The notes below the pieces were generated by a model. It ran no database searches. It was not told the origin of the DNA and saw only the letters and a program-made list of their open reading frames with translations. From positions 7,220 through 71,219 of the forward strand of contig CAIVQH010000008.1 in assembly GCA_903907995.1 (NCBI GenBank): a stretch of 64,000 nt of DNA, read 5' to 3'. Positions 1 through 9,394 of this stretch are shown piece by piece. The position numbers and the translations under genes are program-made. Position 1 is the first letter of the stretch. The number at the start of each line of letters is the position of its first letter. The DNA comes from an uncultured Verrucomicrobiota bacterium (GTDB lineage Bacteria > Verrucomicrobiota > Verrucomicrobiia > Limisphaerales > UBA9464).

Positions 1-1544
1 ACGGCGCGCGCGTTGATGTCGATGCCCTCGACATCGCGGACCTGAAGCCATTGGCCGACAAAGTTCTCCGTCAGCGCCGCCGAACGCGGATCGGCCAGCA
101 TCCGCTGCACCTGCGCGTTCAGATTGCGGCGGAGTTCATGGTGCTCTGCGAGGCGATACAGCTCCGCATCGGGCATCGTGGACCACAGGAAATAGGAGAG
201 CCGCGATGCCAGCGCGTACTCGTCGATGGGCAAGCCCAGCGGTGCCGTTTTACCCCCCTTCGCCAACGGCTCCAATTGTTCCACGCGGAACAAAAACCGG
301 GGTGAGGCCAGGATGGGCACCATCGCCTGTGCCACACCGTCCTCGAAGCTCTTGCCCGGCTCCCCGTAGCTGGCCTCGGCAATTGCCACCAACCGGTCGA
401 GGGAACGTTCGTCCACCGGACGCCGGAATGCCTTGGTGGCAAAGCGGCCCAGCACCTCACGCGCATACTGCCGACGGGACGAAGGTTTTTCCGGCACGTC
501 TTTGGTGAAGAAGAGGTCGAAGTTTTTCGGGCGGCCCCAGTATTTCCGCTCGGTCGGCCCCTGGATGCGCACCGCCGTGACCTTGAGGTCGAGCGAGTTC
601 TTCTTCTGCGCCACCGGCACCAATGGTTGCACCTCGAGACTCAGCTGACGTTCTCCGGCAGTCCATTTCTGATCGATCTCGGGATGGAACTTCTTGCCAT
701 TCTGCCAGCCGAATTCCTGCTGCCACACTTCCTTGTCATCCACCTTCAGCATGACCTTACAGCGGCCCGGGTCGAAATCGAACTCGCCCGCCACTTCCAG
801 ATCCAGCACCACGTGATAACTGCCGTCATGGACGGCCAGGTAGCGGTTCGTCACCGTCGTTGCGTCGTAGAAAGACACGCGCTCCGCCTTGCGCTTGCCA
901 TCGGCCGTGCGAAAGGCGCTCCCGGGAATCACCTGCTCCGGCACCACCCGGCCCACGCGGGGCACCGCGCCCGCTACGATGGTCTCGGCCGCCTGCATGT
1001 ATTTTTCAAGCAGCATGGGCGACACCGTGAGCACGTCGCCGATGTTGTCGAAGCCGTAGCCCGTGTCGTCCGGGGGCAGCTCGTCCTCGACCTTGAACTC
1101 GAAGCCCATCAGGTCGCGGATGGTGTTGCGATACTCGGTGCGGTTCAGCCGGCGCACCGTGACGCGGCCCGGATCGGGATTCTGCGGGTCCAGGCCGAAC
1201 GCGTCGCGCTTGATCCACGCCTCCAGCTTTTGCTGCTCTTCAGTGGTGGGCCTTGGCTTCTTCGCCGGCGGCATCAGACCGGCGCGGGTGTTCTTCAGGG
1301 CGGCGATCCAAAGCTCCCGTTTGCCCAGCAGCGCCTCGTCCGTCTTCAGCTCGTCAAAGGCCACCCCGCCCTTGCGTTCCCCATCCGCATGGCAATCCGC
1401 ACAATACCGCGTCAGCAGCGGTTGGATGTCCCGGTGAAAGACCACCGCCGCCGGGCTGTCCGCGCCCAGAGCACGCCAGCCCATTACCCCGAGGGCAATG
1501 AGGCAAACCAAGACCGAAAGTCTTCTGCGGGATCGACGCGTCAT
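1..1544 (-). CDS. DUF1592/DUF1587/DUF1595-type cytochrome c domain protein (N-terminal part; 3' end lies beyond the window)
   Basis: Not in the ORF track because it has no stop in the window. My translation of the reverse strand from the ATG (cat at 1542-1544) reads MTRRSRRRLSVLVCLIALGVMGWRALGADSPAAVVFHRDIQPLLTRYCADCHADGERKGG..., then ...VTVRRLNRTEYRNTIRDLMGFEF... It is open to position 1. It has a signal peptide plus a CxxCH motif, the same architecture as the 3369-6020 paralog. Confidence 0.85.
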   Translation of the reverse strand, partial: MTRRSRRRLSVLVCLIALGVMGWRALGADSPAAVVFHRDIQPLLTRYCADCHADGERKGGVAFDELKTDEALLGKRELWIAALKNTRAGLMPPAKKPRPTTEEQQKLEAWIKRDAFGLDPQNPDPGRVTVRRLNRTEYRNTIRDLMGFEFKVEDELPPDDTGYGFDNIGDVLTVSPMLLEKYMQAAETIVAGAVPRVGRVVPEQVIPGSAFRTADGKRKAERVSFYDATTVTNRYLAVHDGSYHVVLDLEVAGEFDFDPGRCKVMLKVDDKEVWQQEFGWQNGKKFHPEIDQKWTAGERQLSLEVQPLVPVAQKKNSLDLKVTAVRIQGPTERKYWGRPKNFDLFFTKDVPEKPSSRRQYAREVLGRFATKAFRRPVDERSLDRLVAIAEASYGEPGKSFEDGVAQAMVPILASPRFLFRVEQLEPLAKGGKTAPLGLPIDEYALASRLSYFLWSTMPDAELYRLAEHHELRRNLNAQVQRMLADPRSAALTENFVGQWLQVRDVEGIDINARA

Positions 1545-1803
1545 CGGCAAATGTGGAACGAAGCGAGCATTGCAGGTCGATGGGTTCTTGCAACCACGGG
1601 AGTTGGGGCGGAAACAAGGAGACAGGCGGGACTGCGTCTGGAGTGAGGAGGAGCGGCGAGTGGGGAGCGCGGAACGCGGAGGAAAGTGTCCCCGTTCCGC
1701 TTCGTCCCCGGCCAACCCGCCCCGGTGTCAGAACTTTTGCGGCGACAAGGCCGGTTCGAAGTGCCAGCCAATGCCATTGCCCTATGGGTTTAGCCATGCT
1801 AGC

Positions 1804-2067
1804 ATGCCATTTATGGATCTTCGCATCACCATGGACAAAGCCGGTCGCGTTGTCCTTCCCAAGCCGTTGCGGGATGAACTGCACCTCGTTCCCGGCGACA
1901 CGCTGGAGCTGCAAAGCACCGGCGAACGCATTGTGATGCGCCCGGTCCGGCCCGCGTTGCCCGTCGCCAAGGAAAAGGGGGTGTGGGTGTTCCGCTCCGG
2001 CGAACCGCTGGCCGCCAGTGTCACCGACTCGGTCCTGCGCGACCTCCGCGAACGGCGGGGCGAATGA
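1804..2067 (+). CDS. AbrB/MazE/SpoVT-family antitoxin (VapB-like)
   Basis: MPFMDLRITMDKAGRVVLPKPLRDELHLVPGDTLEL... is a typical SpoVT/AbrB swapped-hairpin N-terminus. The stop overlaps the next start (ATGA at 2064-2067). Alternative start at 1813. Confidence 0.8.
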   Translation: MPFMDLRITMDKAGRVVLPKPLRDELHLVPGDTLELQSTGERIVMRPVRPALPVAKEKGVWVFRSGEPLAASVTDSVLRDLRERRGE

Positions 2068-2489
2068 AGGCGTTCCTGGACACCTCGGTGCTGGTGCCGG
2101 TCGCCCTGGGCGACCATGAGCACCACGAAGCCTGCCTGGACCTCTTTATCCGGTACCCCAAGGCGGACGCCTGCTGTGCGGCGCACAGTCTGGCCGAGGT
2201 CTATTCGGTGCTCACGAAGCTTCCCGGCAAGCACCGCATCGCCCCGGACCAGGCTATGCTCTTCGTCACCAACCTCCGCGAGCGGCTCACCGTGGTGAGC
2301 CTGACGGGGGACGAGTACGCGCAGGCACTCGCGAACGCGGCGGTGCTCGGCATCATCGGCGGCACCGTTTACGATCTGCTCCTGGCCGAATGCGCCCTCA
2401 AGGCAAAGGCCGGGACCATCTACACCTCCAACCTCCGGCACTACTCACTATGCGGCCCGGAAGTGCAGCGCCGCCTCGCGTCACCCTGA
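2064..2489 (+). CDS. PIN-domain toxin (VapC-like ribonuclease)
   Basis: MKAFLDTSVLVPVALGDHEHHEAC... shows the acidic PIN N-terminal motif (D at FLDTSVL) and a later ...VYDLLLAEC... segment. It overlaps the antitoxin by 4 nt. Confidence 0.8.
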   Translation: MKAFLDTSVLVPVALGDHEHHEACLDLFIRYPKADACCAAHSLAEVYSVLTKLPGKHRIAPDQAMLFVTNLRERLTVVSLTGDEYAQALANAAVLGIIGGTVYDLLLAECALKAKAGTIYTSNLRHYSLCGPEVQRRLASP

Positions 2490-2503
2490 ATCGACTCGGC
2501 ACC

Positions 2504-3133
2504 TCAACGAACGAATCTCGCAACCCGGGCCTCCCGAGTAAGGGTCAGGGAACGGATTCCGGCGACCGCGCGAGCGTATTCCTTCGGATACTCCTGATCC
2601 AGCAGGGGTAGCGCTTCGCCGAACCGGGAAAGCTCCCGCAACACCTCAGCCTTCTGGAGCCGCTGACCGGGGTCCGTCTCGGAAAACATGGCCAGCATCG
2701 CTTCCAGGTTCTGCAGGTGCACTGGAGTGGGGCGCCGGGCTTTCCGCTGCCGGACCGGATCGTTGCCCAGCCACCAGAGGCGCGTCCGCAGGTAGCGCCG
2801 CTTTTCCTCCGTGTCGGCCAGCCCCGAGGACAGGGCGGCGAAGAGGTCTTCTTCCGTCGGTTTCGCCGCGAATTTCAGGTCCAGCCATTCGCGCGGCTCT
2901 GGTTCTCCTTCGGAGGGGTCGAATTCGCCGATCTGCTCGCACGCATCCGTCCAGAAAAGAACGCCCTCGACGGGACTCTTCCGCAGCCAAGGTTCGTCGG
3001 GCATCATCGGGGCTTCCTGTTTGCCATCGGTCCAGGAAACGGCACCGAACAGGTTGCCGGAGGCGAGGGTGAAGAGCTTCACCGGCAATTCGCAGCCGGC
3101 AGGTTTCACGATGAGGATGGGGCCGGGGGTCAT
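2504..3133 (-). CDS. hypothetical protein (209 aa), no domain recognised
   Basis: Clean ORF, convergent with vapC. No signal peptide and no motif I recognise. Confidence 0.5.
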   Translation of the reverse strand: MTPGPILIVKPAGCELPVKLFTLASGNLFGAVSWTDGKQEAPMMPDEPWLRKSPVEGVLFWTDACEQIGEFDPSEGEPEPREWLDLKFAAKPTEEDLFAALSSGLADTEEKRRYLRTRLWWLGNDPVRQRKARRPTPVHLQNLEAMLAMFSETDPGQRLQKAEVLRELSRFGEALPLLDQEYPKEYARAVAGIRSLTLTREARVARFVR

Positions 3134-3153
3134 AAGCGGAGCGGGCCGGCGGA

Positions 3154-3236
3154 AAGGATGAATTAGGAAGGATGAATTATGAAAGGTATTTGCAGCCGAC
3201 GTGAGGGGCCGGTGAGCCAGTGGGTCAGTGGGTCAG
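3154..3236. repeat. divergent-promoter repeats: a 12-nt direct repeat, then GTGRGYCA octamers
   Basis: aaggatgaatta occurs at 3154-3165 and 3168-3179. gtgagcca gtgggtca gtgggtca g lies at 3212-3236. It sits between divergent genes (3133 minus, 3369 plus). Confidence 0.7.
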
Positions 3237-3368
3237 AGAAGGAGGTGAAGTCCGGGGAGCACCTATCCGTCCAAGCACTCTCATCGACATCCGGAACCCG
3301 GTGATTAAGCTGGGTGCGGTTCCCTTTGGGTCGTGTCCCGTCCGTCTGTGCGGGCGGCCATTTGAGTT

Positions 3369-6020
3369 ATGCGGCTTTTAAAATTCTGGAAAACATCGGC
3401 CCTGCTGGGGCGCGCCGTCGCCGTCGCGCTGCCGGTCGTCGTGTCCCTGTCGGGTCAGGGGGCGGATGCGCCGATGCAGGCCTTCGTCGAAAAGAACTGC
3501 GTGGACTGCCATGATGCGGAATCGAAGAAAGGCGGGCTGGATCTGACGGCGCTGAAGTTCGACCTGGGTTCTCGGACTAATTTCGCCGCCTGGGTGCTGG
3601 TTCATGACCGCGTCAGTGCCGGGGAGATGCCTCCGGCCAAAAAGAAGGTCCGTCCTGAGCCGGCCGAACTCGCCGCCTTCACCAACCGCCTCGCCACCAC
3701 GCTCACCGAGACCGATCTGAAGGCCGTGGCCGGCGAAGGCCGCAGCACGCGGCGGCGGCTGAACCGGTTTGAGTACGAAAACGCCCTGCGCGATCTGCTC
3801 CACGCCCCCTGGCTGCAAATCCGCGATTCGCTGCCGGAAGACGGCCTGTCACACCGCTTCAACAAGCTCGGGGACGCCCTCGACGTGTCGTATGTGCAGA
3901 TGGCGCGCTATCTGGCCGCCGCCGACCACGCCCTGCGGGAGGTGATGGCCCCCCAGGCGGAACGGCCCGCCACGACGACGGTCCGCTACTACACGCGTGA
4001 CCAGGGGAGCTACACCGGGCCGATGACGTACACGGTGTTCAACACGTCGCCCGAGCGGGCCACCTTCCCGGTGCTCGGCTTCATGGCCCAGCCCGACGTG
4101 CGTGCCAGCAAGGCGCCGATCAGCGTGGGCGCCACCAACGCGGAACTGCGCGAACTGGAGGGCGTGGGCGTCGCGGCCGGCAGCTACGAGCCGCTCGAAC
4201 CGAAGTTCAACAAGTTCCGGGCACCCGTGGCGGGCCATTACCGGCTGCGGTTCAAGGGCTATTCCGTCTGGGTCGGCCCCAGTCCGACGAACAAGTGGTT
4301 CATCCCCGATCTCGACACCATCTCCGTCGGCCGCCGGTCCGAACCGATCACGGTCTATTCCGAGACGCCGCCGCGATTGCTGCGCAAGCTGGGCAACTTC
4401 GACGTGACGCCCGTGCCGATGGTGCAGGAACTCGACGCCTGGTTGCTCGCGGGCGAGACCATCCGGGCAGACCCCGCACGGCTGTTCCGCTCCCGGCCGG
4501 GTGCCGGACGCTTTCAGAATCCCCTGGCGGAAAAGGACGGCCAGCCGGGCGTGGTCTTCCGCTGGTTGGAAGTGGAAGGGCCGATCTACGACGAATGGCC
4601 GACCGCCGGTCACCGCCTGCTGTTCGGCGATCTGCACCTCGTGACGCGTAAGGTGGTGGAAACTCCCGCGACGACGAATCAGACCAAACCCGGTCGCCGC
4701 TTCACGCCTGCTCCCGGCGTGGATGTGATTTCCCAAACGCCGATGGCCGACGCGGAACGGTTGCTGCGGAACTTTGTGATGGAGGCATATCGCCGCCCGG
4801 AGGCCGAGCCGGAGTACCGCCGCTTCCTCCCCGTCATCGAAGGCGCTTTGAAATCGGGCAGCCCCTTTGCCGACGCCATGATCGCCGGCTACACGGCGGT
4901 GCTGTGCTCGCCCGAGTTCGTGAATCTGGAGGAAAAGCCCGGCCGGCTGGACGACTTTGCGCTCGCAGCGCGCCTGTCGTTCTTCCTGGAAAATTCCTCG
5001 CCGGATGCCGAGCTGCGCCGCCTCGCCCATACCGGCGAACTGCACCGCCCGGAGGTGCTGCGGGCACAGACCGACCGGCTGCTGGACAGCCCGAAATCGC
5101 GCCGGTTCGTGGACGCCTTCCTCGATTACTGGATCGACCTCCGCAAGATCGAAGGCACCGCGCCGGATGCCACGCTGTACCCGGACTATTACCTCGACGA
5201 CCTGCTCACGGAATCCGCGCAGGCGGAGACGCAGCTTTTCTTCGCCGAACTGGTTCACGGCAACCTGCCCGCCCGGAACCTCGTCGCCTCCGATTTTGCC
5301 ATACTCAACGAACGGCTCGCGGTCCACTACGGCCTGCCGCCCTTTGAGGGTGCGTGTCTGCGCCGGGTGCCCCTGCCGCCGGACAGCCCGCGCGGCGGCC
5401 TGCTGACCCAGGCGAGCGTGCTCAAGGTCACCGCCAACGGCACCACTACCTCACCAGTGCTGCGCGGGGCGTGGGTGATGGAGCGCATTTTGGGACGGCC
5501 GGTGCCGCCGCCCCCACCGGGCGTGCCAGCCATCGAGCCCGACATTCGTGGCGCCGTCACGCTGCGTCAGCAGTTGGAAAAACACCGCTCCCAGCAGTCC
5601 TGCAACGTCTGTCATTCCAAGATCGATCCGGCAGGCTTCGCCCTGGAAAGTTTCGACGTGATGGGTGGCTGGCGTGACCGCTACCGCGCCGATGGTGACG
5701 GCAAACCCGACGTCGGCATCGGCAAGGGTGGGCAGAAGTTCACCTTCCATTCCGCCCTGCCGGTGGATCCCAGCGGCGAACTGCCGGATGGCCGGAAGTT
5801 CAAAGATATTCGCGACCTCAAGCGCCTGCTCCTCGATGACGAACAACAAGTGGCGCGCAACCTCGTCCGCCAGCTGGCCGTCTATGCCACCGGCGCGCCG
5901 ATGCGCTTCAGTGACCGCCCGGAGATTGCGGCCATCCTGGCACGTACGCAGGCCGACCAGTATGGCGTGCGCAGTTTGATTCGGGAGCTGGTCCAGAGCC
6001 GGCTGTTCCGGGAGAAGTGA
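3369..6020 (+). CDS. DUF1592/DUF1588/DUF1585-family protein with N- and C-terminal CxxCH motifs
   Basis: Signal peptide, [21 protein letters not shown] near the N-terminus and [29 protein letters not shown] near the C-terminus. 883 aa. This is the classic PVC family. Confidence 0.9.
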   Translation: MRLLKFWKTSALLGRAVAVALPVVVSLSGQGADAPMQAFVEKNCVDCHDAESKKGGLDLTALKFDLGSRTNFAAWVLVHDRVSAGEMPPAKKKVRPEPAELAAFTNRLATTLTETDLKAVAGEGRSTRRRLNRFEYENALRDLLHAPWLQIRDSLPEDGLSHRFNKLGDALDVSYVQMARYLAAADHALREVMAPQAERPATTTVRYYTRDQGSYTGPMTYTVFNTSPERATFPVLGFMAQPDVRASKAPISVGATNAELRELEGVGVAAGSYEPLEPKFNKFRAPVAGHYRLRFKGYSVWVGPSPTNKWFIPDLDTISVGRRSEPITVYSETPPRLLRKLGNFDVTPVPMVQELDAWLLAGETIRADPARLFRSRPGAGRFQNPLAEKDGQPGVVFRWLEVEGPIYDEWPTAGHRLLFGDLHLVTRKVVETPATTNQTKPGRRFTPAPGVDVISQTPMADAERLLRNFVMEAYRRPEAEPEYRRFLPVIEGALKSGSPFADAMIAGYTAVLCSPEFVNLEEKPGRLDDFALAARLSFFLENSSPDAELRRLAHTGELHRPEVLRAQTDRLLDSPKSRRFVDAFLDYWIDLRKIEGTAPDATLYPDYYLDDLLTESAQAETQLFFAELVHGNLPARNLVASDFAILNERLAVHYGLPPFEGACLRRVPLPPDSPRGGLLTQASVLKVTANGTTTSPVLRGAWVMERILGRPVPPPPPGVPAIEPDIRGAVTLRQQLEKHRSQQSCNVCHSKIDPAGFALESFDVMGGWRDRYRADGDGKPDVGIGKGGQKFTFHSALPVDPSGELPDGRKFKDIRDLKRLLLDDEQQVARNLVRQLAVYATGAPMRFSDRPEIAAILARTQADQYGVRSLIRELVQSRLFREK

Positions 6021-6140
6021 TCAGTAATCAGTAAGACAGTGATCAGTGACCAGAATTCCGCATGAACCACCCTCGCACTGACGATGACGCTGCCCACAGA
6101 TTACTGAACACTGAATACTGCTTCACTGATTACTGATCAC
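6017..6140. repeat. intercistronic inverted repeat built from GTRAYCA units
   Basis: gtgatcagtaatcagt (6017-6032) is the perfect reverse complement of actgattactgatcac (6125-6140). The flanks hold more gtgatca/gtaatca/gtgacca units (to about 6053 and from about 6098). The left arm contains the stop codon at 6018-6020. Confidence 0.85.
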
Positions 6141-6198
6141 TGACCCACTGATTACTTCCCTTTCCCTGCTGGCTGCCGATAACTTCATCCCGATCACC

Positions 6199-7554
6199 AT
6201 GACCACGCCGCGAACCGCCCCCTCGCCCGCCGCTCCATTCATTGCGACCCGGCGCGCGCTGTCGCGGCGCCGCTTTCTCGTGGGCACCGGCATCGCCCTA
6301 TCCCTGCCGTTTCTCGACGCGATGAATCCGGCCTTCGCCGCCGTGACCAAGGCGGCGGTGGATCAGACGCCCGGCGGCAAGCCGCGCCGGATGTTCGGAA
6401 TCTGCAACAATCTCGGGCTGCTGCCCGAACAGTTCTTCCCCAAGACGGAGGGCCGCGACTACGCGCTGTCACCCTACCTTGAGCTGCTCAAGGAGCACCG
6501 GAACGATTTCACCGTCTTCAGCGGCGTGTCGCATCCCGATGTGGATGGCGGGCATCCGGCCGACAACTGCTTCCTCACGGCCGCGCCGCATCCGGGCAGC
6601 GGTGGCTTCCGCAACACCATCTCGCTCGACCAGTATATCGCCGAGCGCATCGGGCATCTTACCCGCTTCCCGTCGCTCAATCTCGGCGTGAACGTTGATC
6701 GCGGTCAGCGCAGCCTGTCTTGGACCGGTTCGGGCGTCCTGATTCCCTGCGAGGAAAAGGCGTCGGACGTCTTTCGCCGGCTCTTCCTCCAAGGGAGTCC
6801 CCAGGAGACGGAAAATCAGGTCCGCAAACTGGAACTGGGCCAGAGCATCCTCGACGCGGTGGCCGGCCAGGCAAATGCGCTCAAGCGCAGCGTGGGCACG
6901 CATGACCGCGAACGGCTCGACCAGTATTTCACCAGCGTCCGCGAGCTGGAGCAGCGGATGCAGATGTCCCGCGAATGGGAGCGGAAACCCAAACCCACCG
7001 TCACCGTCAGCGTGCCCTTGGACCCCGCGAGCCCCCGCGAATACATGGAAAAGGTCCGCCTGATGTACGATCTCGCGCGGCTCGCCTTTGAGACCGACTC
7101 CACGCGCTCCATCGCGCTGCTGCTCGACAGCGTGAACTCGCCGGTGATCGAGCTGGGCGAGACCAAGCTTTCCGACGCGTACCACAACCTTTCGCACCAC
7201 GGAAAATCCGAGGCCAAGCTCTCCCAGCTGAAGGCCATCGACGAATGGCACATGAAGCTGATCGCCGGCCTCATGTCCGGCCTGCGCGACGTGCGCGAGG
7301 ACGGCGAAACCCTGCTCGACCGCACGATGATCCTCTACGGCTCGAACCTCGGAAACGCGAACACGCACGTGACCACGAACCTGCCGACCTTCTTCGCCGG
7401 CGGCGGTTTCAAACACGGCCAGCACCTCGCCTTTGACCGCGAACGCAACTATCCCCTGCCCAACCTCTTCGTCTCGATGCTGCAACGCATGGGCCTCGAA
7501 ACCGACCGCTTCGCCTCGGCCACCGGCACTATGCGCGGGCTGGAGATGGTGTGA
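6199..7554 (+). CDS. DUF1552 domain protein with twin-arginine signal
   Basis: [25 protein letters not shown] is a TAT-type leader. 451 aa. It is the usual downstream partner of DUF1592 genes. Confidence 0.9.
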   Translation: MTTPRTAPSPAAPFIATRRALSRRRFLVGTGIALSLPFLDAMNPAFAAVTKAAVDQTPGGKPRRMFGICNNLGLLPEQFFPKTEGRDYALSPYLELLKEHRNDFTVFSGVSHPDVDGGHPADNCFLTAAPHPGSGGFRNTISLDQYIAERIGHLTRFPSLNLGVNVDRGQRSLSWTGSGVLIPCEEKASDVFRRLFLQGSPQETENQVRKLELGQSILDAVAGQANALKRSVGTHDRERLDQYFTSVRELEQRMQMSREWERKPKPTVTVSVPLDPASPREYMEKVRLMYDLARLAFETDSTRSIALLLDSVNSPVIELGETKLSDAYHNLSHHGKSEAKLSQLKAIDEWHMKLIAGLMSGLRDVREDGETLLDRTMILYGSNLGNANTHVTTNLPTFFAGGGFKHGQHLAFDRERNYPLPNLFVSMLQRMGLETDRFASATGTMRGLEMV

Positions 7555-7650
7555 AGTTTGATCAACGAAACCGGATCAGTGCGGCCACCTGCTGTGGCAA
7601 ACGAGGGGTTCGTCCAACACGTCGGCTTGGGAAAATACTCCGCTGCTGAA

Positions 7651-7872
7651 GGCCAAAGGCCTGGCCACAAGCCAGCTCAAGGCAAAGCGAGGGACGAGCA
7701 ACGCCTTGGGTGGTTGCCGGAACAATGGCGAGGCCTGAAGGGCCAGCACAGTCCTGCTCGGCGTTTATTTGTGCCGCCCCTGCAGGGCTTTGACATTCGC
7801 AACGAAAAGCCCAGGGCGGCGCGGACTTTGTCCCGCTTGCCCTGGGCTGGCTTGTGGCCGGACCTTTGGTCC
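7651..7872. repeat. MITE-like long inverted repeat element (copy A)
   Basis: The left arm ggccaaaggcctggccacaagccagctcaaggcaaagcgagggac (7651-7695) matches the reverse complement of the right arm gtcccgcttgccctgggctggcttgtggccggacctttggtcc (7830-7872), with scattered mismatches. It lies in a convergent intergenic region. There is no credible coding potential. Confidence 0.7.
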
Positions 7873-7907
7873 TTCCAAAATCAAAGGGCGGCTGATCCGC
7901 CCGCCAA

Positions 7908-8693
7908 TTACTTCACCTCGCCCAGCGGGCGGATCCAGATGTTGCGGAAGCGCACGGGGTTGTGGTGCTCGTACAGGTAGATGCCACCCTTGGGCGGCAT
8001 CGGCTTGTCGTAGTTGCCCAGCGCGCGGTACGGCGTGTTGCCGTAAAGCTCGGTGTGGTTCTGCACGATGGCGCCGTTGTGCAGCACGGTGACGTAGGCC
8101 TTCTTGGTCAGCTTGCCGTTTTCGTCCCAGTGCGGCCCTTCCCAGATGATGTCGTAGGTCTGCCATTCGCCGGGCGGACGGGAGGCGTTCACCAGCGGCG
8201 GGGTCTGCCCGTACACGGCGGCGGCCTGGCCATCCGCGTAGGTCGGGTTGTTGTAGGAGTCGAGCACCTGGATCTCGTACCGGCCGAAAATCAGCACGCC
8301 GTTGTTGCCGCGGCCCTGGCCATTGCCCTCGACCTTGGCCGGGGTGGCCCATTCGAGGTGGAGCTGGAAGTCACCGAAGTCATCCTTGGTATGGATCATG
8401 CCCGTCTGGGTGGTCTCCATGTACCCGTCTTTCAGGGTCCATTTGACGTCGCCCTTGTCGCCGACCCACTTCGAGAAGTCCTTGCCGTCAAACAGCACCA
8501 CGGCGTCCGAAGGCGCGGCCGCCATCTCGCTGAACTTGGCGCCCGGGGTGATGATCGGCGGCACGGGACGGTTGGGATCGTGGACGTGCCACTTGCCGTT
8601 CGGCTGCATCGGGGTGTCGGTGTAGCCCTCGGCATAGGCGAAGGTGGCGGTGGCGCCCAGGGCGAGCGCGGCAATGAGTGTGGTCGCTTTCAT
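7908..8693 (-). CDS. DUF1080 (3-keto-disaccharide hydrolase-like) secreted protein
   Basis: Signal peptide MKATTLIAALALGATATFAYA. Motifs DFQLHLEW, NNGVLIFGRYEIQVLDS and VRFRNIWIRPL. Confidence 0.85.
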   Translation of the reverse strand: MKATTLIAALALGATATFAYAEGYTDTPMQPNGKWHVHDPNRPVPPIITPGAKFSEMAAAPSDAVVLFDGKDFSKWVGDKGDVKWTLKDGYMETTQTGMIHTKDDFGDFQLHLEWATPAKVEGNGQGRGNNGVLIFGRYEIQVLDSYNNPTYADGQAAAVYGQTPPLVNASRPPGEWQTYDIIWEGPHWDENGKLTKKAYVTVLHNGAIVQNHTELYGNTPYRALGNYDKPMPPKGGIYLYEHHNPVRFRNIWIRPLGEVK

Positions 8694-8752
8694 GATTTCG
8701 GTGGTGCGGGAAAATCGTGTCCGCTCACCGACGTGAAAAGCAAGCCGGGGAT

Positions 8753-8980
8753 TCAGTGGCTTTCGGGCCGGTCGAGGTGCGGGCCGGGATGCAGCTCGTC
8801 AAAACCCTCGAAATCACCGGGGCGCAGCTCGCGCGAGACCTTGTGCTCCTCGTCGAACCACTGGCCGAGGTCGATCAGTTTGCAGCGCTGGGAGCAGAAA
8901 GGCCCCCATTTTTCCTGAAACCAATGGCCGCGCGCCCCGCAGCGGGGGCATTTCACGAGGGGATTGTTCCGGTCGTTCAT
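8753..8980 (-). CDS. yacG: DNA gyrase inhibitor YacG-like zinc-binding protein
   Basis: [42 protein letters not shown] shows the CxxC...CxxRC zinc ribbon and the DLG.W motif. The start was trimmed from track ORF 8753-9202. Confidence 0.75.
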   Translation of the reverse strand: MNDRNNPLVKCPRCGARGHWFQEKWGPFCSQRCKLIDLGQWFDEEHKVSRELRPGDFEGFDELHPGPHLDRPESH

Positions 8981-9195
8981 TTTTGAAAGAGGCGCAGCAG
9001 CAGCGTCAGCACCACGCTGACGACCAGGCAGGTCACGATGGGAAAGTGGAACGAGAAATTGCCCCGGCGCAGCGAAATGTCGCCCGGCAACAATCCGCCG
9101 CCCGCGCCCAGCTTTGGCCCGAAAGCCCACAGGAGCCCGCCGACCACCACCAGGACGAGTCCGGCGATCACGATGAGTTTGCCTGCAGATTCCAC
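8977..9195 (-). CDS. DUF2905-like small membrane protein
   Basis: 72 aa with two TM helices and a [22 protein letters not shown] motif. It overlaps the yacG start by 4 nt. Confidence 0.7.
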   Translation of the reverse strand: MESAGKLIVIAGLVLVVVGGLLWAFGPKLGAGGGLLPGDISLRRGNFSFHFPIVTCLVVSVVLTLLLRLFQK

Positions 9196-9394
9196 GCGTC
9201 AAGGGTAGCCGGTAACGCGGCTCTCGGCCAGTGTGGGCGGAAATCCTTGCAACTGTCTTTGTCCATTCATTCCCAACATGTTATGAATCAACCGCTGGTG
9301 CGGCAGGACAAGCCAGCGGTAGTTTTTGGCAAAATGGCGGAAGCACGATCGGCGATTGGCCGCTATGTCTCTGTACGTGACGGTTGAAAAGAAA

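Noticed and set aside
627-1646. 339-aa plus-strand ORF and neighbouring small ORFs at the left edge
   Set aside because: Their composition is Arg/His/Ala-rich shadow sequence. The opposite strand encodes a clean DUF1592-type protein with a signal peptide and CxxCH, open to the window edge. It is absent from the track only because it lacks a stop here.
3849-5327. Long antisense ORFs opposite well-supported genes (e.g. 3849-5327, 6469-7485, 22718-23716, 30643-31974, 36328-38016, 41330-42478, 45225-46550, 48127-49428, 50092-51426, 52307-54379, 57575-58774, 61338-62798)
   Set aside because: These are typical high-GC shadow ORFs. They are rich in Arg/Gly/Ala/His, have no recognisable motifs, and each fully overlaps a gene with strong family signatures on the other strand.
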